Below, piece after piece: positions 23,473-36,457 of a stretch of DNA of 64,000 nt. The position numbers were made by a program, and so were the translations under genes. Every line of letters starts with the position of its first letter. Positions within the stretch are counted from its first letter, which is position 1. The stretch spans positions 124,001-188,000 of the forward strand of contig JALDZX010000009.1 in NCBI GenBank assembly GCA_022813865.1, given 5' to 3'. This DNA is from Xylographa opegraphella. Taxonomy: Eukaryota. The notes beneath the pieces are model-generated. The model saw only the letters and a list, made by a program, of their open reading frames with translations. It ran no database searches and had not been told where the DNA came from.

Positions 23473-26005
23473 TCACTGCCCGATCACCGCACCTCCCACT
23501 CCGCCATCCGCTTCATAAGAGCCTTGGGATCCCCCGGCCCCAGCGTCGCAAATGGACCGTAGTCCATCGAGGAACGCTTCTACGATCTCGCGATCCCTTT
23601 CAGCAAAGACGTCGAGCCGCTTAGGGTGTGCCAACTGGAGCCTCTGGGTTTCCGTAGTCCAGAGATAAAGCATCGCGGAGAGATCGACGGTGATGATAAC
23701 GTGTATCGGTTGATTGTCCAGCTTCTTGCCTCTCTCCAATATCTGCCCGGCGTGTAAGCGAAACGGCTGACGTGCAGGCAATCTGTACTGACCTCTGCCT
23801 CCACTTCCTTGACAGCCACATCCCACACCTCAGCAGGTCCAACGATTGCATCCGCACGTTTGCACCATATGTACCCGGCACATACTCTCTGCCGTGTTTC
23901 TATAATCACTTCTGTAGTATGTGATGGGAGGGTGAAGCGATTGTCGTCATCGTTGCTTCTTTGCAGCCCGCACGCCCACACGATTTCCGACCATAATCGC
24001 TGGAGCTGTCTCATGTGCATCTGAGCTATCGGCTACAACTGACTCAGCACCTCGGGTCGCTTCCAATAGTGACGATTCTCAAAATCATTCTCGTGGTACA
24101 CTTGGTGCCGGCGCTGGAAGCCTTCATTCTCGATCCTGTCAGTCCCTCGATTTACTTCGGCCCAGCTATTAGCAATCTCATAGTCTAAAAAGAAGAATTT
24201 GGACAGTAGCGTTGAACGCTGCGAGCTTCCGCAAACGATGGCCCAGGTCGTACTATTCTTCCTCTTGGAATATCTTCCGACATATGACTCGACTTGATAT
24301 GGCCAAGGTTTTTTATGAGGCCCAAAACTGAGGACGAACCTTGATGTGTCCCAGGTCTGCGTGACCCCTGCCTTGGGATCAAGACTATGGACCACAGTGC
24401 CTTCCCCCACACGAAGTGCTGTATGACAGCAGCGACGGAATTTGCGGGAGACGCCGAGACAAACTTGGTAGGTAATATCGTCAACGTATTTAAGAATCAT
24501 CTCATAAATCTCGGTCGGAAATACCCCTTCTTGGGCCTTTTCAGGAGCCATTGAACGGAGAGCTGCAACTTCGAAAAGATGCATCATCGCAAAGAAACCA
24601 TCATATTGGACAGGCCATAGCTTCGTCTCTTCCCCGTCCCTGATCTCCTCTTTCTTTTCCCACTTGTCCTCTTCTTCCCCTGCGTTTTGGGCATCCATGA
24701 ACAGTTTCAGCACCCCTCCTAGATAACGACAACCAGGGTGTTCCGGATAATGCACCGCGATATCCAGCAGTTTCAAAGCGGCTGTTCTTTGAACATTGAT
24801 TCCGACCACATGCAGCAAGATCACATGTTCGATCGATAGCAGTATAACGTCAAAGGGTTCTTGTCGGTACTGGAAGTCTTGTGCAAAGTCAATCGCATGT
24901 CTGATTGCTTGCTCAACTCTGTCCGATACTGTAAGATCTGCTTCCAGCCGAATCACAGTACCTTGAAACCAATAGGTTTGGCATTCAGGCGCTGAGCCAG
25001 GAGCTATACCTTCTGCATGGTGACCAACAGCTAGATCTGACAGGACTGCAACCTCATGTTCAGACGGGTCACCAAGCATGATCCCGGCCCATGTTGCGTC
25101 CGATGACGATCGGATGCGGTGCGTATCAACAACTTTCAGAGTCGACGATAGCCCAGCTGCGATGGAAATAAATGCAAATGCTATTTCCCGAAAAGCGAAA
25201 TCATCAGGTGTCAAGCCTCGGAGAATAAACGGCATTTCGTCTTTGAGTGAAGTTGTTACAAAGCGCCAAAAATGGGCCATTAGTAGCGGCCCGTGTCGAA
25301 GCGTCGCTGGAAAGTCGAGGAATCCTTTAGGGCGAACGACCGAAGTCTCTATCTGTTGCGTTCCACTTTCCATTATTTCTTCTGTGGTTTTCCCTGCGAA
25401 TCGAAGGACCGCGAGGTCAGCGATGCAACCCGGCGGGAGAAGACTCGGGAAAGCTAGTCTCTCCCATTGGTCGTCGAATCCCAAGCTCTCAATCCAAATG
25501 TCCTTCGGTATCTTGTTGAGAAAGAAGTGTATACCATTATCCATCGTAAAGACCTCACGATCCAGGTCCACTACATAGGTGTACTCAATGTTTGACTCTT
25601 TCTTGGGGGTATGGAAGCATGGCAAAAGATGCGGGTCGAGTCTATCATCCAGTAACGCGAGTAGAGAAGGTTCAGCGTGAGACTGTCCACCCGAAGCTAT
25701 GATATTAGAGAGGCTTAACTATTGCAATCTGGAGTTTGTGATGGAAAGTATCTGCTCCTCGAGGACCTTCTCCCACTTTGCGAACTTAGCTCTATGAGCC
25801 TCCAGCCATTCTGGGTTAAGTTCTCATTAGCAAAGTTCTCTCAACTGGAGTTCTATGGATTCCACTTACGTTGATATCCTTTAGAGTCTTGTGGAATAGT
25901 CTCCAAGATCCACACGCCTAAGCCTTCCGGATAACAGTCATACTGACGATAGAATATATAGTAACGACCACGGAACCGATACGCATAATACCCTCGCGTA
26001 CCCAT
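23473..26005 (-). pseudogene. Large hypothetical fungal protein (MGTRG...YPEGLG family, central F-box-like motif) with two in-frame TAG codons
   Basis: ATG 26005 MGTRGYYAYRFRGRYY...DCYPEGLG; introns 25811-25869 and 23743-23792 keep the frame; IEYTYVVDLDREVF and FPTEIYEMIL motifs; TAG at 25719-25721 and 24033-24035. Confidence 0.7.
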
Positions 26006-26676
26006 TATGAGAATGTACCTCTGTTGAAGGGAACCCGATTTTCTTATTCCAGTACTGGTTTGGTGGCAGTGTAGCAATATGGAGAAGTCGTATGACTCGC
26101 CTTTTGATAACGTCAAATATCTAGTGCGGGGAACGGTGCAGGCAGCCATGCATAATCCACATTTAGAGCACACTGCCTACCTTAAAGGACCTACCTTAGA
26201 TATATGCATGATTCATATTGAGCACTCACTGCATTGGCAGAAAGTCTACATCAACCCTCGGTCAATGGATTGAAGCAGCACTGGCGACTTCGCCACGGCT
26301 GGCCAGGTTGCACATAGGTGAATGAATAGCATTCTAGAGGCACCTATCACTAGCTATTGCTTTCTTACAGCGCGTAAAGTTCCTCGATATGTACGGTAAT
26401 GACAGTCGCAACCATTTCGATCCTCAACCGGTCTGGCTAGTTTACTAGTTGGTCTAGTGACTCTAGTCTAGGGTGATGAGACTACGCGCTTAGTTGAATG
26501 AGATTAAGCGCGCTCTTCCTTTAGCGGTTCCCGAGAAGGTAGCTTACCTTTTGAGCTTAAAGCACATCAAAGTGATCAAGTCGATTCCAAGCTTTTCGTC
26601 ACCCTGTGAGCTGGTGTTATCCTTGTTTCACTATCCCACTACTTGGTTCTCATTCTAAAACTCATTCGCTGCGAAT

Positions 26677-28245
26677 ATGTCGACATTAGAAGATCTAGAT
26701 GACATGGAGCGAGAAGGAAAGGAAGACAAGAAGGACGATGGCCAGAAACCAGATCAGAGTAGTGATGCTGAGATGAAGGATGCAGATGGCAGCAAGAAGG
26801 TGGCGGCCGAAGAAGAAGATATGATAGATACTGAGATACTACACTCCAGCACAAGAGACATTCAAATGCGGCGGCGGCTACTGGATAACGATATGAGAAT
26901 AATGAAGAGCGAATATCAACGGCTCACGCATGAGCAAGCTGCAATGAAGGAGAAGATCAAGGACAACCTTGAGAAGATCATCAACAACAGGTATGTTGCA
27001 TTTCAACGACCAGCCTAGTTTCGATTCGATCATCCAGCGTCAAGGTCCTAATTGTCCGGTTCTAGACAACTGCCGTATCTGGTCGGAAATGTGGTGGAGC
27101 TGCTTGACCTAGACGTCGAGGCTGAAGCAGCGGAAGAAGGCGCCAACATTGATCTGGATGCGACTCGAGTCGGCCGTTCTGCAGTTATCAAAACTTCAAC
27201 GCGGCAAACCATATTCTTGCCTCTCATCGGCCTCGTAGACCATTCGAAGCTCAAACCCGGAGACCTCATTGGTGTAAATAAGGATTCGTATCTTGTGCTC
27301 GACACACTACCGGCCGAATACGATAGCAGAGTCAAGGCGATGGAGGTGGACGAGAAGCCAACCGAGAAATACACAGATGTTGGTGGGCTTGACAAGCAGA
27401 TCGAAGAACTCGTTGAAGCTGTCGTGTGGCCGATGAAGGAAGCCGAACGCTTCAAAAAGATAGGCATTAAAGCACCAAAAGGCATTACCCTTTTGCATTA
27501 TCCGCTGAACCTATGCTAATCACATCTTTGCTAAGGCGCTCTAATGTACGGCCCCCCTGGTACAGGCAAGACGCTGCTTGCTAGAGCCTGTGCTGCACAA
27601 ACCGATGCCACATTCCTCAAGCTGGCTGGCCCACAGCTCGTGCAAATGTTCATCGGTGACGGTGCCAAGCTCGTCCGCGACTGCTTTGCCCTCGCAAAAG
27701 AAAAGGCTCCTTCGATCATTTTCATCGATGAGTTAGACGCTATAGGTACGAAGCGTTTCGACAGCGAGAAGAGTGGGGATAGAGAAGTCCAGCGGACTAT
27801 GCTTGAGCTTCTTAATCAGCTCGACGGGTTCGCGTCCGATGACCGCGTCAAAGTTCTCGCTGCAACAAATCGGGTCGATGTTCTGGATCCTGCCTTGCTC
27901 CGTTCTGGTCGCTTGGATCGAAAGATTGAATTTCCGTTACCGAATGAGGAAGCTCGAGCACAGATCCTGAAGATCCACAGCAGGAAAATGACCATAGATG
28001 AGGCTGTAAATTGGGCTGAGCTGGCCAGGAGTACCGACGAGTTCGGTGGCGCACAGCTCAAGGCCGTGTGCGTAGAGGCAGGTATGATTGCCCTCCGGAA
28101 AGGACAAGTCAAGATTGGACACGAACACTACGTCGACGCGATTGCGGAGGTCCAGGCAAAAAAGGTAAGTGGCTACATCCGCCTTTACGTGAAGTGGTCT
28201 TTACGCTAACGATACCAGACTCAAACCGTGAACTTCTATGCCTAG
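26677..28245 (+). CDS. RPT5: 26S proteasome regulatory AAA-ATPase subunit 6A (Rpt5)
   Basis: GPPGTGKT Walker [11 protein letters not shown]alker [22 protein letters not shown]-terminal NFYA*; introns 26991-27065, 27482-27535 (GC-AG), 28165-28218. Confidence 0.97.
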
Positions 28246-28628
28246 GCGCTGAGCACAATGGGGTCATTTTGGCTGTAGTATGTATTCAATAGCATGGCGC
28301 GGCGATAGTATGGGCTCTAGAAATAAATACAATTTCATACCGATCAGAAGCTCAAACAAGCACTACTGAAAACCCGTACACGAGCATGTCTCCCTTCGTG
28401 GATGTGCATTTACATCCGTTCCCAACCAACTCCGGTGACCCTCATCCATGTATCCAGAACTCGCTCTATCGCTTTTCCGCACGATCTTCACCGCATTCTC
28501 AACCACAAACTTCGCAAACCTGCGCCAACAAGATTTTATTCATCTTCCGATCGCTCCGTCACCTTCGTCCTTATACCTCCACTCCCCTATTCCCGGCACG
28601 CGATAGCCCCTCGCCCTCCGCCATCTCG

Positions 28629-28916
28629 TCACCATACTCTCCCCCGGCCCCGACCGCGCAGCGTATCTCCCTCCTCATGACCCAAGCCCTCGTCTCTGTG
28701 CCTTTCCCTGATCGGCTTCATGTAAGAGCGCCATGCCTTCCAAGTGGGCATGCAGGACACGCATCGTTGGTCATTAGCGAGTGGGTGTACGTGGAAGGTT
28801 AGGAGGGCTAAGACGTACCAGTAGTTGTGATTGCACGCCGGGCACGTCGGGGTGCCTTGGGGGATGTTTGGTTGTCTGCACACGTGGCATTCCCAGGGAG
28901 AGGTCGTGTAGGACAT
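28629..28916 (-). CDS. Small Cys/His zinc-ribbon protein
   Basis: WECHVC...CPACNHNY[C]VSC motif; intron-like segment 28762-28818. Confidence 0.55.
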   Translation of the reverse strand: MSYTTSPWECHVCRQPNIPQGTPTCPACNHNYWYVLALLTFHVHPLANDQRCVSCMPTWKAWRSYMKPIRERHRDEGLGHEEGDTLRGRGRGRVW

Positions 28917-29368
28917 TGTGGATAGGGAGCGGGAGGGGTTGTGGAGCTGCTGATGCTGGTGTTTTGGGGGTTAGGTACTCAGAGTGGAGGGTTTAGGGGT
29001 TGGGATAGAGTGATGGTGAGGGAGGGTGTGGTATGTTCTTCTTGCGAGTGGAGTGTTTTTCTTCTTGGTTTTGGGATGGGGTACTTGGTTGATGGGGTTG
29101 AGAGACTGTTTGAAATGGGTTTGAAGGCGTGATGGGGAGGTGGCTGAGGTGAAAGAATGATATGGAGGCGACTGGACGTATTCAGTCATTGGGTGAGTAG
29201 ATGGACTTGGAACGGGTACTATGAATCATTGTTGTTGTATGACAGATGGCTTGAGATGGTAATCATCACTGAACCATAATGATGATAGACTTGGATCATA
29301 CAGCCCAGTCGCCACAACTTCTCCACGGCTTGTCGAGCATTTGGTCCATTCTTGTTCTGCCAGTTGCT

Positions 29369-31329
29369 TCACACAGTCAAAGAAAGTTCCTCAGGGCTCA
29401 TGTTCAGTGTCCGCCATCTGGACATGTAATCATCATGATTTACTGGGACGCAATGTCAGAATCAACAATCAAGACAGCGGAGGGAGTTTCGACTCACTGT
29501 ATCCGCCACACATTCGCCTTTTCCCAGTGAAAGCTGACCTCCCATGCAGCACGCGCCAATTATCGAATACTACGTGTGTCAGCTTGTTTGATCATCATTC
29601 ATATTTTTCGATGATATTACTCAGTGCTCGGCCTGGCCTTAATTGTTCCCAGTACTCGCTCTCTGCACTTCTCACTATTTCAATCCACTTCCAAGCAGCA
29701 TCGTACCATGCGTCTACAGATACCCCATTCCGTCCGCTCGCGCTGTTGGCGGGTAGAACTGCTCGATCATCGTTGTTCCAGCGTACTTGATAAACATTTC
29801 CCTCAGAGGGCGAAGCATCCGGGGTATCAAGGTTAATAACGGGCCGGCCGTTATCTGGACGTAAATGGATTCCGGCGTTACCGCTTGCATGGCTGGAAAC
29901 CTTGAACGTACTGAAGATTTCAAAGGCTTCTGGGAACTTCTGTCTGAGGATGCATGCAGCCCGGAAGCCATCGACCAGCAGTGATGTACCACCTTTACCT
30001 TCTGTATGGGAAAGAAGATGGAACATTTGCAAGCCGGCCGGATCTGAAAAGTAGGTCGTGTCCGTATGAGCTCCAAGCGCAAGGGATGTGTATGCCGTGT
30101 CTTTCAGGGAGAGATCGGAAGTAAAATCCCAGAAACCACCTAGAATAGAATAGGTATAAGTGAATAATCAAAATATCGTTAAGTTCATTATATAGTACCA
30201 TAATGCGTGGGTCTAATAAATGCTATTCTTTCAAGAAGAGATTTGGTTGCTGAGGTAGCCACGGGACATCCATCTATGTAAGTAAATCCATGTGATTGCT
30301 GCATTAAAGTGAGCACAACAGAACACGAACAGAAGCTTGATTTCTCACGAGAAGAGCTGTCCAATGCTTTACTCCTTCGTCCGAGTTCATGATCTCATCA
30401 TAATAGGCAACGGGAGGGTCTTCCTTGATTTCTGCTCCCCAATGGACATGCCTTTCGCATATTAGACCAACAGCACTCTCTTCAGACTTTGCAATAATTA
30501 CTTAGCCCCTTTTTGTGAACCCGGGTCATTGGCGCGAGAATTTAACCACCGCCAACTATAGAAGCTCTGATGACCGTCATTTGACCCTGGACGGTTAGAT
30601 AAGTCTATAAATCCGAGCCCAGCATCGTACACGTTACTGAGACACCATCTTTATCTTCAAGTATTCTAGTAACGGATAAATTTCTGGGTATCTTCAAGTT
30701 CAGAGTCAGCCTTTACAGCTAATTCAGCGGCGACAAGCGCAAGTTTCCACATGACGATAAATGCAAATAGAATAGACCTCAATGGCAGGTATGATTGGTC
30801 ATCGACAGCAACAATCGGGGATACAAACCGAGAACGTATCGACTAAGCGCTGCTTCGTTTCCTCATGGCGGCACTCCTTGCAATGGCAGTGATCTCTGAT
30901 GGGATAAAACTAAGCACAGAAGACGTTCGGCACAGGGATATTCAGTCCAACCTCAAATAAAAGGCGCTTCTGCCAGACAATGAGAAGCCAATATTACCGG
31001 ACCAGGTAATGGATCATTCTTACAATTCGACCACGGTACCGTCTTTCCACTGAAAACATAATGAAGATTTATCGTCATTCGGTGTGATTGCTGGCTGTAC
31101 ATCACCAGGTGTACTAAAGCTACGCCTGCATACTCTGCTAGCAATTGAGGAGTCCCCACCAATCTGACGACGCCGAAAGCATGTTAGATAAAGAATTTTA
31201 TCTTGAAGAAGGTAAACACACGTAGTTCAGGTAGACATTGTCTCGTATAGAATGCCTCGGAACTCGAAGCCTATTGCTACTGATTGCCAGACGAAGCAGT
31301 CGCAGTCCCTGGTTCCGGCACAGTCCCAT
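29369..31329 (-). CDS. Trimethyllysine dioxygenase (TauD/BBOX family, carnitine biosynthesis), multi-exon, probably mitochondrial
   Basis: LRDHCHCKECRHEETKQR Zn motif; LGAHTDTTYFSDPAGLQMFHLL (HxD); VRWNNDDR; FDNWRVLHGRSAF; Arg-rich N-terminus from ATG 31329. Confidence 0.9.
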
Positions 31330-31761
31330 CACTTTAACGAACCTTTGCTACGCCAACATGTTCCACTTGAGTATCGAAAATTGGATAAATTCAAGTTCAG
31401 CACATTATGGCTTCTAGGGAGTTGCATAAATTAGGCATAATTCATGCACATTTCAGACATAAGTCACCAACGTCACTTTCCTTTCGGAGGGAGGTCGCGA
31501 ACTGATAAGCCATGTATAGAACTGCGAATACGGTCATTCAGTATTTCGGTCCCTCTATCTTGGAGAAATGGTCGCAATACGTGGCGAGCAAGAGAGGTGT
31601 TGTCAACAAGAATAGAATGCGTTGCTCCCGCATGATATTGAATTACCAATCATCTCATATTGGCTACCCTAGTCCCCAAAGTCGTTCCAACTCTTCAGAC
31701 CTTTGAACATATAAACACATTTTCTACATCAGTACTGTTTCATACCCATATTTCGCTCATC

Positions 31762-33671
31762 ATGCCAAACAATGACAGGCGAGAGCCAACAGAGGAAGAG
31801 CCACTGCTCCCATCCTCAGCGCCACCCGAGTCAACTAAAGGACTGTCGGAAGACGAAAGCAATACCTCAAATCAGTCCGTCACTAGAGTGCGGGCCTGTT
31901 GTATAATATCGTCTCTTGGAGTCTTGATATTTCTCCAGGGTACTTATCCTCCACGTTCTGATTTAGAACTATTGATCAACCTTATATATCTATAGCATGT
32001 AACATCTCCCTGCTCACAACAACTCAATCTACCATTGCCGCCGATCTCGATGCTTTCGCAGAAGTATCATGGTTTACTTCGGCCTACCTTGTATGTAACC
32101 CATTCTCCTGACATGCAATGTCTGCCTACAATTGGACTGTTGTGTTGGCATGAGAAGTAAAATTACTAATTTTGTTTTAGATAGCTATGGCTAGCATGTC
32201 ACCATTGGCGGGTCGGCTTTCTCAGATATTCTCCCCAAGGTGGTGTATCTTCGTTTCGACATTGCTCTTTGCTATAGGGGCCTTTGTCACCTCCAGCGCC
32301 GCTCGTCTGCGAATCTTTTTGCTTGGACGAGCGATCACTGGCGTTGGTGCCGCCGGGATACTGACTCTCAGTATAATCCTTGTGATCGAATTGACCTCAA
32401 AGCAACGTAGAGGTCTTTTCATCGGCCTTGTCAACACGGGATATACTACTGGGGTATCTCTTGGTGCTGTTATTGCCGGAGCGCTAGTAGGCCCTTTAGG
32501 CTGGGTATGTTACCGTATTTACTGGGCATTGCAAGAAATGCTGACCCTATTCAAAGCGAGCCCTCTTCTGGATGCAGTCGCCTCTAGCCGTTGCAGCTGG
32601 ACTCTGTATCTTCTTTAGCATGCCTAGGACTTTTACCACAAGCTCGCCTACCCTCGACCGGCAATCGCTCTGGCAAAAACTTGCTCGGGTTGATTATCTT
32701 GGCGCAATCCTCCTCGTATGACCCCTTTATTGCCGTATTTACTTATACCTATGCTGACTTCACAGACTTCGTCCCTCACACTTCTTCTGACAAGTCTCTC
32801 GTCACCTCATTTATCTATTTTACCTATCCTACTTTCCTTCGCCATTCTCATCCTCTTCGTCCTAACCGAGATATACCTTACTTCCACTCCGATCATTCCC
32901 GTCAATCTCCTCCGTCATCGGGGCGCCCTCCTCGCCTGCCTCGCTCAGCTCGGCCTCATGATGGCCCGCTGGTCTATACTCTTCTATACCCCTGTTTACG
33001 CCCTAGCCGTGCGTACCTGGTCGCCCGCAACCGCCGGCTCGATTTTGATTCCCACGAACGCAGGCTTCGCCATCGGTGGACTCCTGGCAGGCCTGCTCCA
33101 CATTCGGCGGGCAGGCAGTTTTTACCTTGCCTGCCTCGTTGTTTTCGCGATAAATCCGTTTACGCTGCTGCTTCTTGGATATCTTTCTACCCCTGACACT
33201 CCTGTCGCACTGTATTTACTTTCCACGTTCACAAACGGCCTCGCTACAGGCGCAGCGCTTAACTATACCCTGGCACATGTTCTACACCTGACACCGCCGT
33301 CAACGCATTTTATCGCTACGTCTGTACTGTCTACTTTCCGAGGCTTTGCTGGTAGCTTCGGGTCTGCCATTGGGGGTGGTATCTTTACACGTATCCTGCG
33401 GGCAAGTCTAGAACAAGGCTTCGCCGAGAAGGGATTGCAGGACAAGGGAGAGCTGGTGAGAAGGCTGCTCGGTAGTCCAGCACTAGTGGCTGGCTTGAGT
33501 GGTGGTGAACGGGAGGTAGCGATCAGTGCTTATGTGGACGCGATCAGGGGTTTGTTCTGGGCCGGAGCGGGCCTGGCGGTTGTTGTTATTGCCGTACAGG
33601 CTGGTACTGGATGGAAAGCCGGAGTTGAAGAGAAAGTCGAAGAAGAAGAAACGGCAACGCATCATGACTAA
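31762..33671 (+). CDS. MFS transporter, DHA2 / Vba-like
   Basis: WFTSAYL, PLAGRLSQIFSPR, GRAITGVGAAG, KQRRGLFIG motifs; many TM segments; several introns. Confidence 0.88.
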
Positions 33672-34152
33672 GGATGAAAGAGAATCCGGTAAAGGGATAT
33701 GTATGGATACCTAGTCTTGTAAGGCTAAATAGATTATATGGTGAATGGTCCGGTAGACACTGGTATAGAAATAGATGCACAGGCATTAGAATCAAACTCT
33801 TTGTACAATCAATAAATCGTATGACTCGTTTCTGAATGGACTTTTCGGCAGAAATTTTTACTATTCCGCCCAGCTAACAATACAAAATCTGAGTGGCATG
33901 TATGAAAGGGTCTCAGTAAGCGTTCTTCACGATCCGTACCCAACTCAAAGACTCCAACCGGTAGCTAGCCATTCACAAAACCAAAGCCAGCCAATCATGT
34001 CTCCAAGAGCTGAGGGTATCACTAGTAACCACAAGACGAAAACAGAGAAGCCTATCCCGACATGCCCATCCGCCCCGTAGCGCACCAAAACCCAGAATCA
34101 CGCAACACCAAACCCTACCACCCAAAGCGAGTACCCACCACTAGTCCCACAC

Positions 34153-34494
34153 TTACTTCCCCTCGAAACCACTCTCCACCTCCCTCGCGGGCCAGAAGTA
34201 CGCTCGCGCGGCTTGGACGTAGAAGATCGACTCCATCGTCGCAAACACGCTCAGGCACGCGAGCACCACGATTCTGACGCCGCGGCTTGCACCCAGCTCT
34301 TGCAAGCTTAAGCCTGAGGACACTGTCGGCGGCACAACTTGCTCTGGTTTCTGAGGTCGTGAGGGCTGGGGCTTGGGGGTGTCGATGGTGCTGAGTTGGG
34401 TTTTGTGGGGAAGGAGTACGAGCCGTGGGGTTGGAGCCTGTACGAACTTGCATGGGCGAGTAATGGATCTGAGGGCCTTCTGTCGTACTGACAT
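34153..34494 (-). CDS. Small hypothetical protein with one TM segment, possibly mitochondrial
   Basis: MSVRQKALRSITRP basic N-terminus; LQELGASRGVRIVVLACLSVFATMESIFY hydrophobic segment. Confidence 0.55.
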   Translation of the reverse strand: MSVRQKALRSITRPCKFVQAPTPRLVLLPHKTQLSTIDTPKPQPSRPQKPEQVVPPTVSSGLSLQELGASRGVRIVVLACLSVFATMESIFYVQAARAYFWPAREVESGFEGK

Positions 34495-34787
34495 CTTTCG
34501 TATGAGGAGTGATGAGGAAGAAGTGGTTGCGAAGTAAGAGATGGGAGCTGGACACACTTCGGGGAAACCCGGCGGCTGAGGATGCCTGACGGAAACGTCA
34601 GTTATGAAAATCCAACCGGTCTGAGCCGCATTTACCAAGGAATATGATCAAGCCGTTTGGGAGCATTTGGTAGAAGCACTGCAGACAATATTGCCAGTAT
34701 GCGCAGCTTCTCCCCGGTTGATGTGGTTGCAGCAAACAGCGATAGAAAGATTGCTCAAAATATTCTACACATATATTTCGACGAACG

Positions 34788-35911
34788 TTATAATTTACTC
34801 TTGCTACTCACACACCGCATGGACGCTCTTCCATTGCTGAGCACGACCTTTCCCCCTTCGACACGCGTGACAAACCGGATCTCTTCCCAGCCATCGTTGA
34901 TGTCCCCTGTTCTCCAAATCTCCGTGATGAGCTTGTCACCAGGCTTTACGGGCGCCGCAAATCTTGCTTGAAACTCCTTGATGTTGGCTGGATCACTCCC
35001 TCCAAGCTTCAAGAGTAATCCATGGCACGTAGTATTCCAGGAAAATAGGCCATGCATGATAACTCCGCCAAAGCCCATTTTCTGGCCTGGCTCAGGTGTA
35101 GCGTGTAGAGGGTTGTAGTCCCCATTCAATCTGGACAGATTAGCCCCCGAGTGTTGGATTTTAGAATCGACAATGCGTACCTGTACAGAAGCGCCGATTC
35201 TCGCGTTGTCTGAAGCGTGTATACCGCATCTGGCTGTTTCCCCTCAGGAGGAGGGAAATTGGTCGTGCTAGGACCTTTTATCTACATTAGCCGTTGAAGT
35301 GGTTTTGATAAGGTCGAGAATTTACCCTTCGGACCTCCCCAGTTGCCTTGGCCAACGAAAAACGCGCTCCCAACGGCCTTGGTATAAACGTCTCCACCCT
35401 TCTCCGCCAGGACAGTCTCTTGCTCCACCACACTTCCGGCTTTACCCTTGTCGTATACACCAATGATTCTTGTCCGTAGCTCAAATCTTTTCCCTGCACT
35501 AGTCGGAGGGAGTGGTTTCAGGAACCGGATCAACCGTTGGCCATCGACCACACGGCGGGAGTCGAACTTGGGGACGCCGGGGATAGGAGTGGCACCTTGG
35601 CGAGCGTAGAAGTCGATCACTTCTTGATCTGTTTGTTTGAATGCTACAGCACATGAACATCACACTCCGTAAACATTGGGCAATTTTCCTACTCACGAAG
35701 AATGATGGAATACGTAGGGAACACCTGAAACTTTGGATGTAGTTCCTACATTGGTCAGTAAAGATTGATGACTTTACAAAATGGTGCACACAAATAAAAA
35801 GTGCAGCTCATCAGAAGTACAGCCAATGCTATTGGCAAACAGTAAGACATCCCGCTTGAGCCATGAGACCTCTTGTGGAGGGTATTCGAAACCTGCGCCT
35901 GGCCCAGCCAT
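34788..35911 (-). CDS. Peroxisomal MaoC-like dehydratase (enoyl-CoA hydratase 2)
   Basis: WLKRDVLLFANSIG, VVDGQR, YRLNGDYNPLHA hydratase-2 motif, IMHGLFSW, C-terminal PTS1 SKL; multi-exon. Confidence 0.92.
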
Positions 35912-36457
35912 TGACCGCGGATGAATGACTGTCCAAAGTCGATTCCAGCGACACTATATTTCTCCTTCTGTTGGAAGTAGATTGGAGGACTTTGCTATGC
36001 GAAGCCATCGAGGACACATCTGGAAAGACGCCGGAATGCCTTGGCCAACATCTGAAGTGGGGTATCTATTTTGGAAGCTCCAGCATTGCCGAGCCTTACG
36101 ATATTAAAGTAGGCATCGTGTACTTTGTCTTCCAGTGTGATGCAGACTTTGCTTTGGTCCCTAATGACTATAACTCCGCATTACAATGTTCTGTTTTGAA
36201 CGGTGTTGCTTCGTGTAACAGAGACGACGTAAAGTGAGCCAGTCCCGAACTTTCGATAATGACGGAGAACAATGACGATATATCAACGCTTAGATTTCAA
36301 ACTACCGCGACTCATTCCAAAAGGGTATAAAATGAAGTGTTGCTCATTTCGTGAGATCTACGTATCAGTTCTCTAAATATTCTGTACACACAACGCCAGT
36401 GCATTTCAAAGCCGGACCGAATAGATACAATAGTGAGAAGGATTGACAAAGCGAGCG

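Noticed and set aside
23743..23792. Apparent frameshift near the end of the large interrupted gene
   Set aside because: Explained by a normal 50-nt GT-AG intron.
29369..35911. Carnitine/fatty-acid gene cluster (dioxygenase, MFS, dehydratase)
   Set aside because: No other pathway genes or shared motifs; adjacency is plausibly chance.
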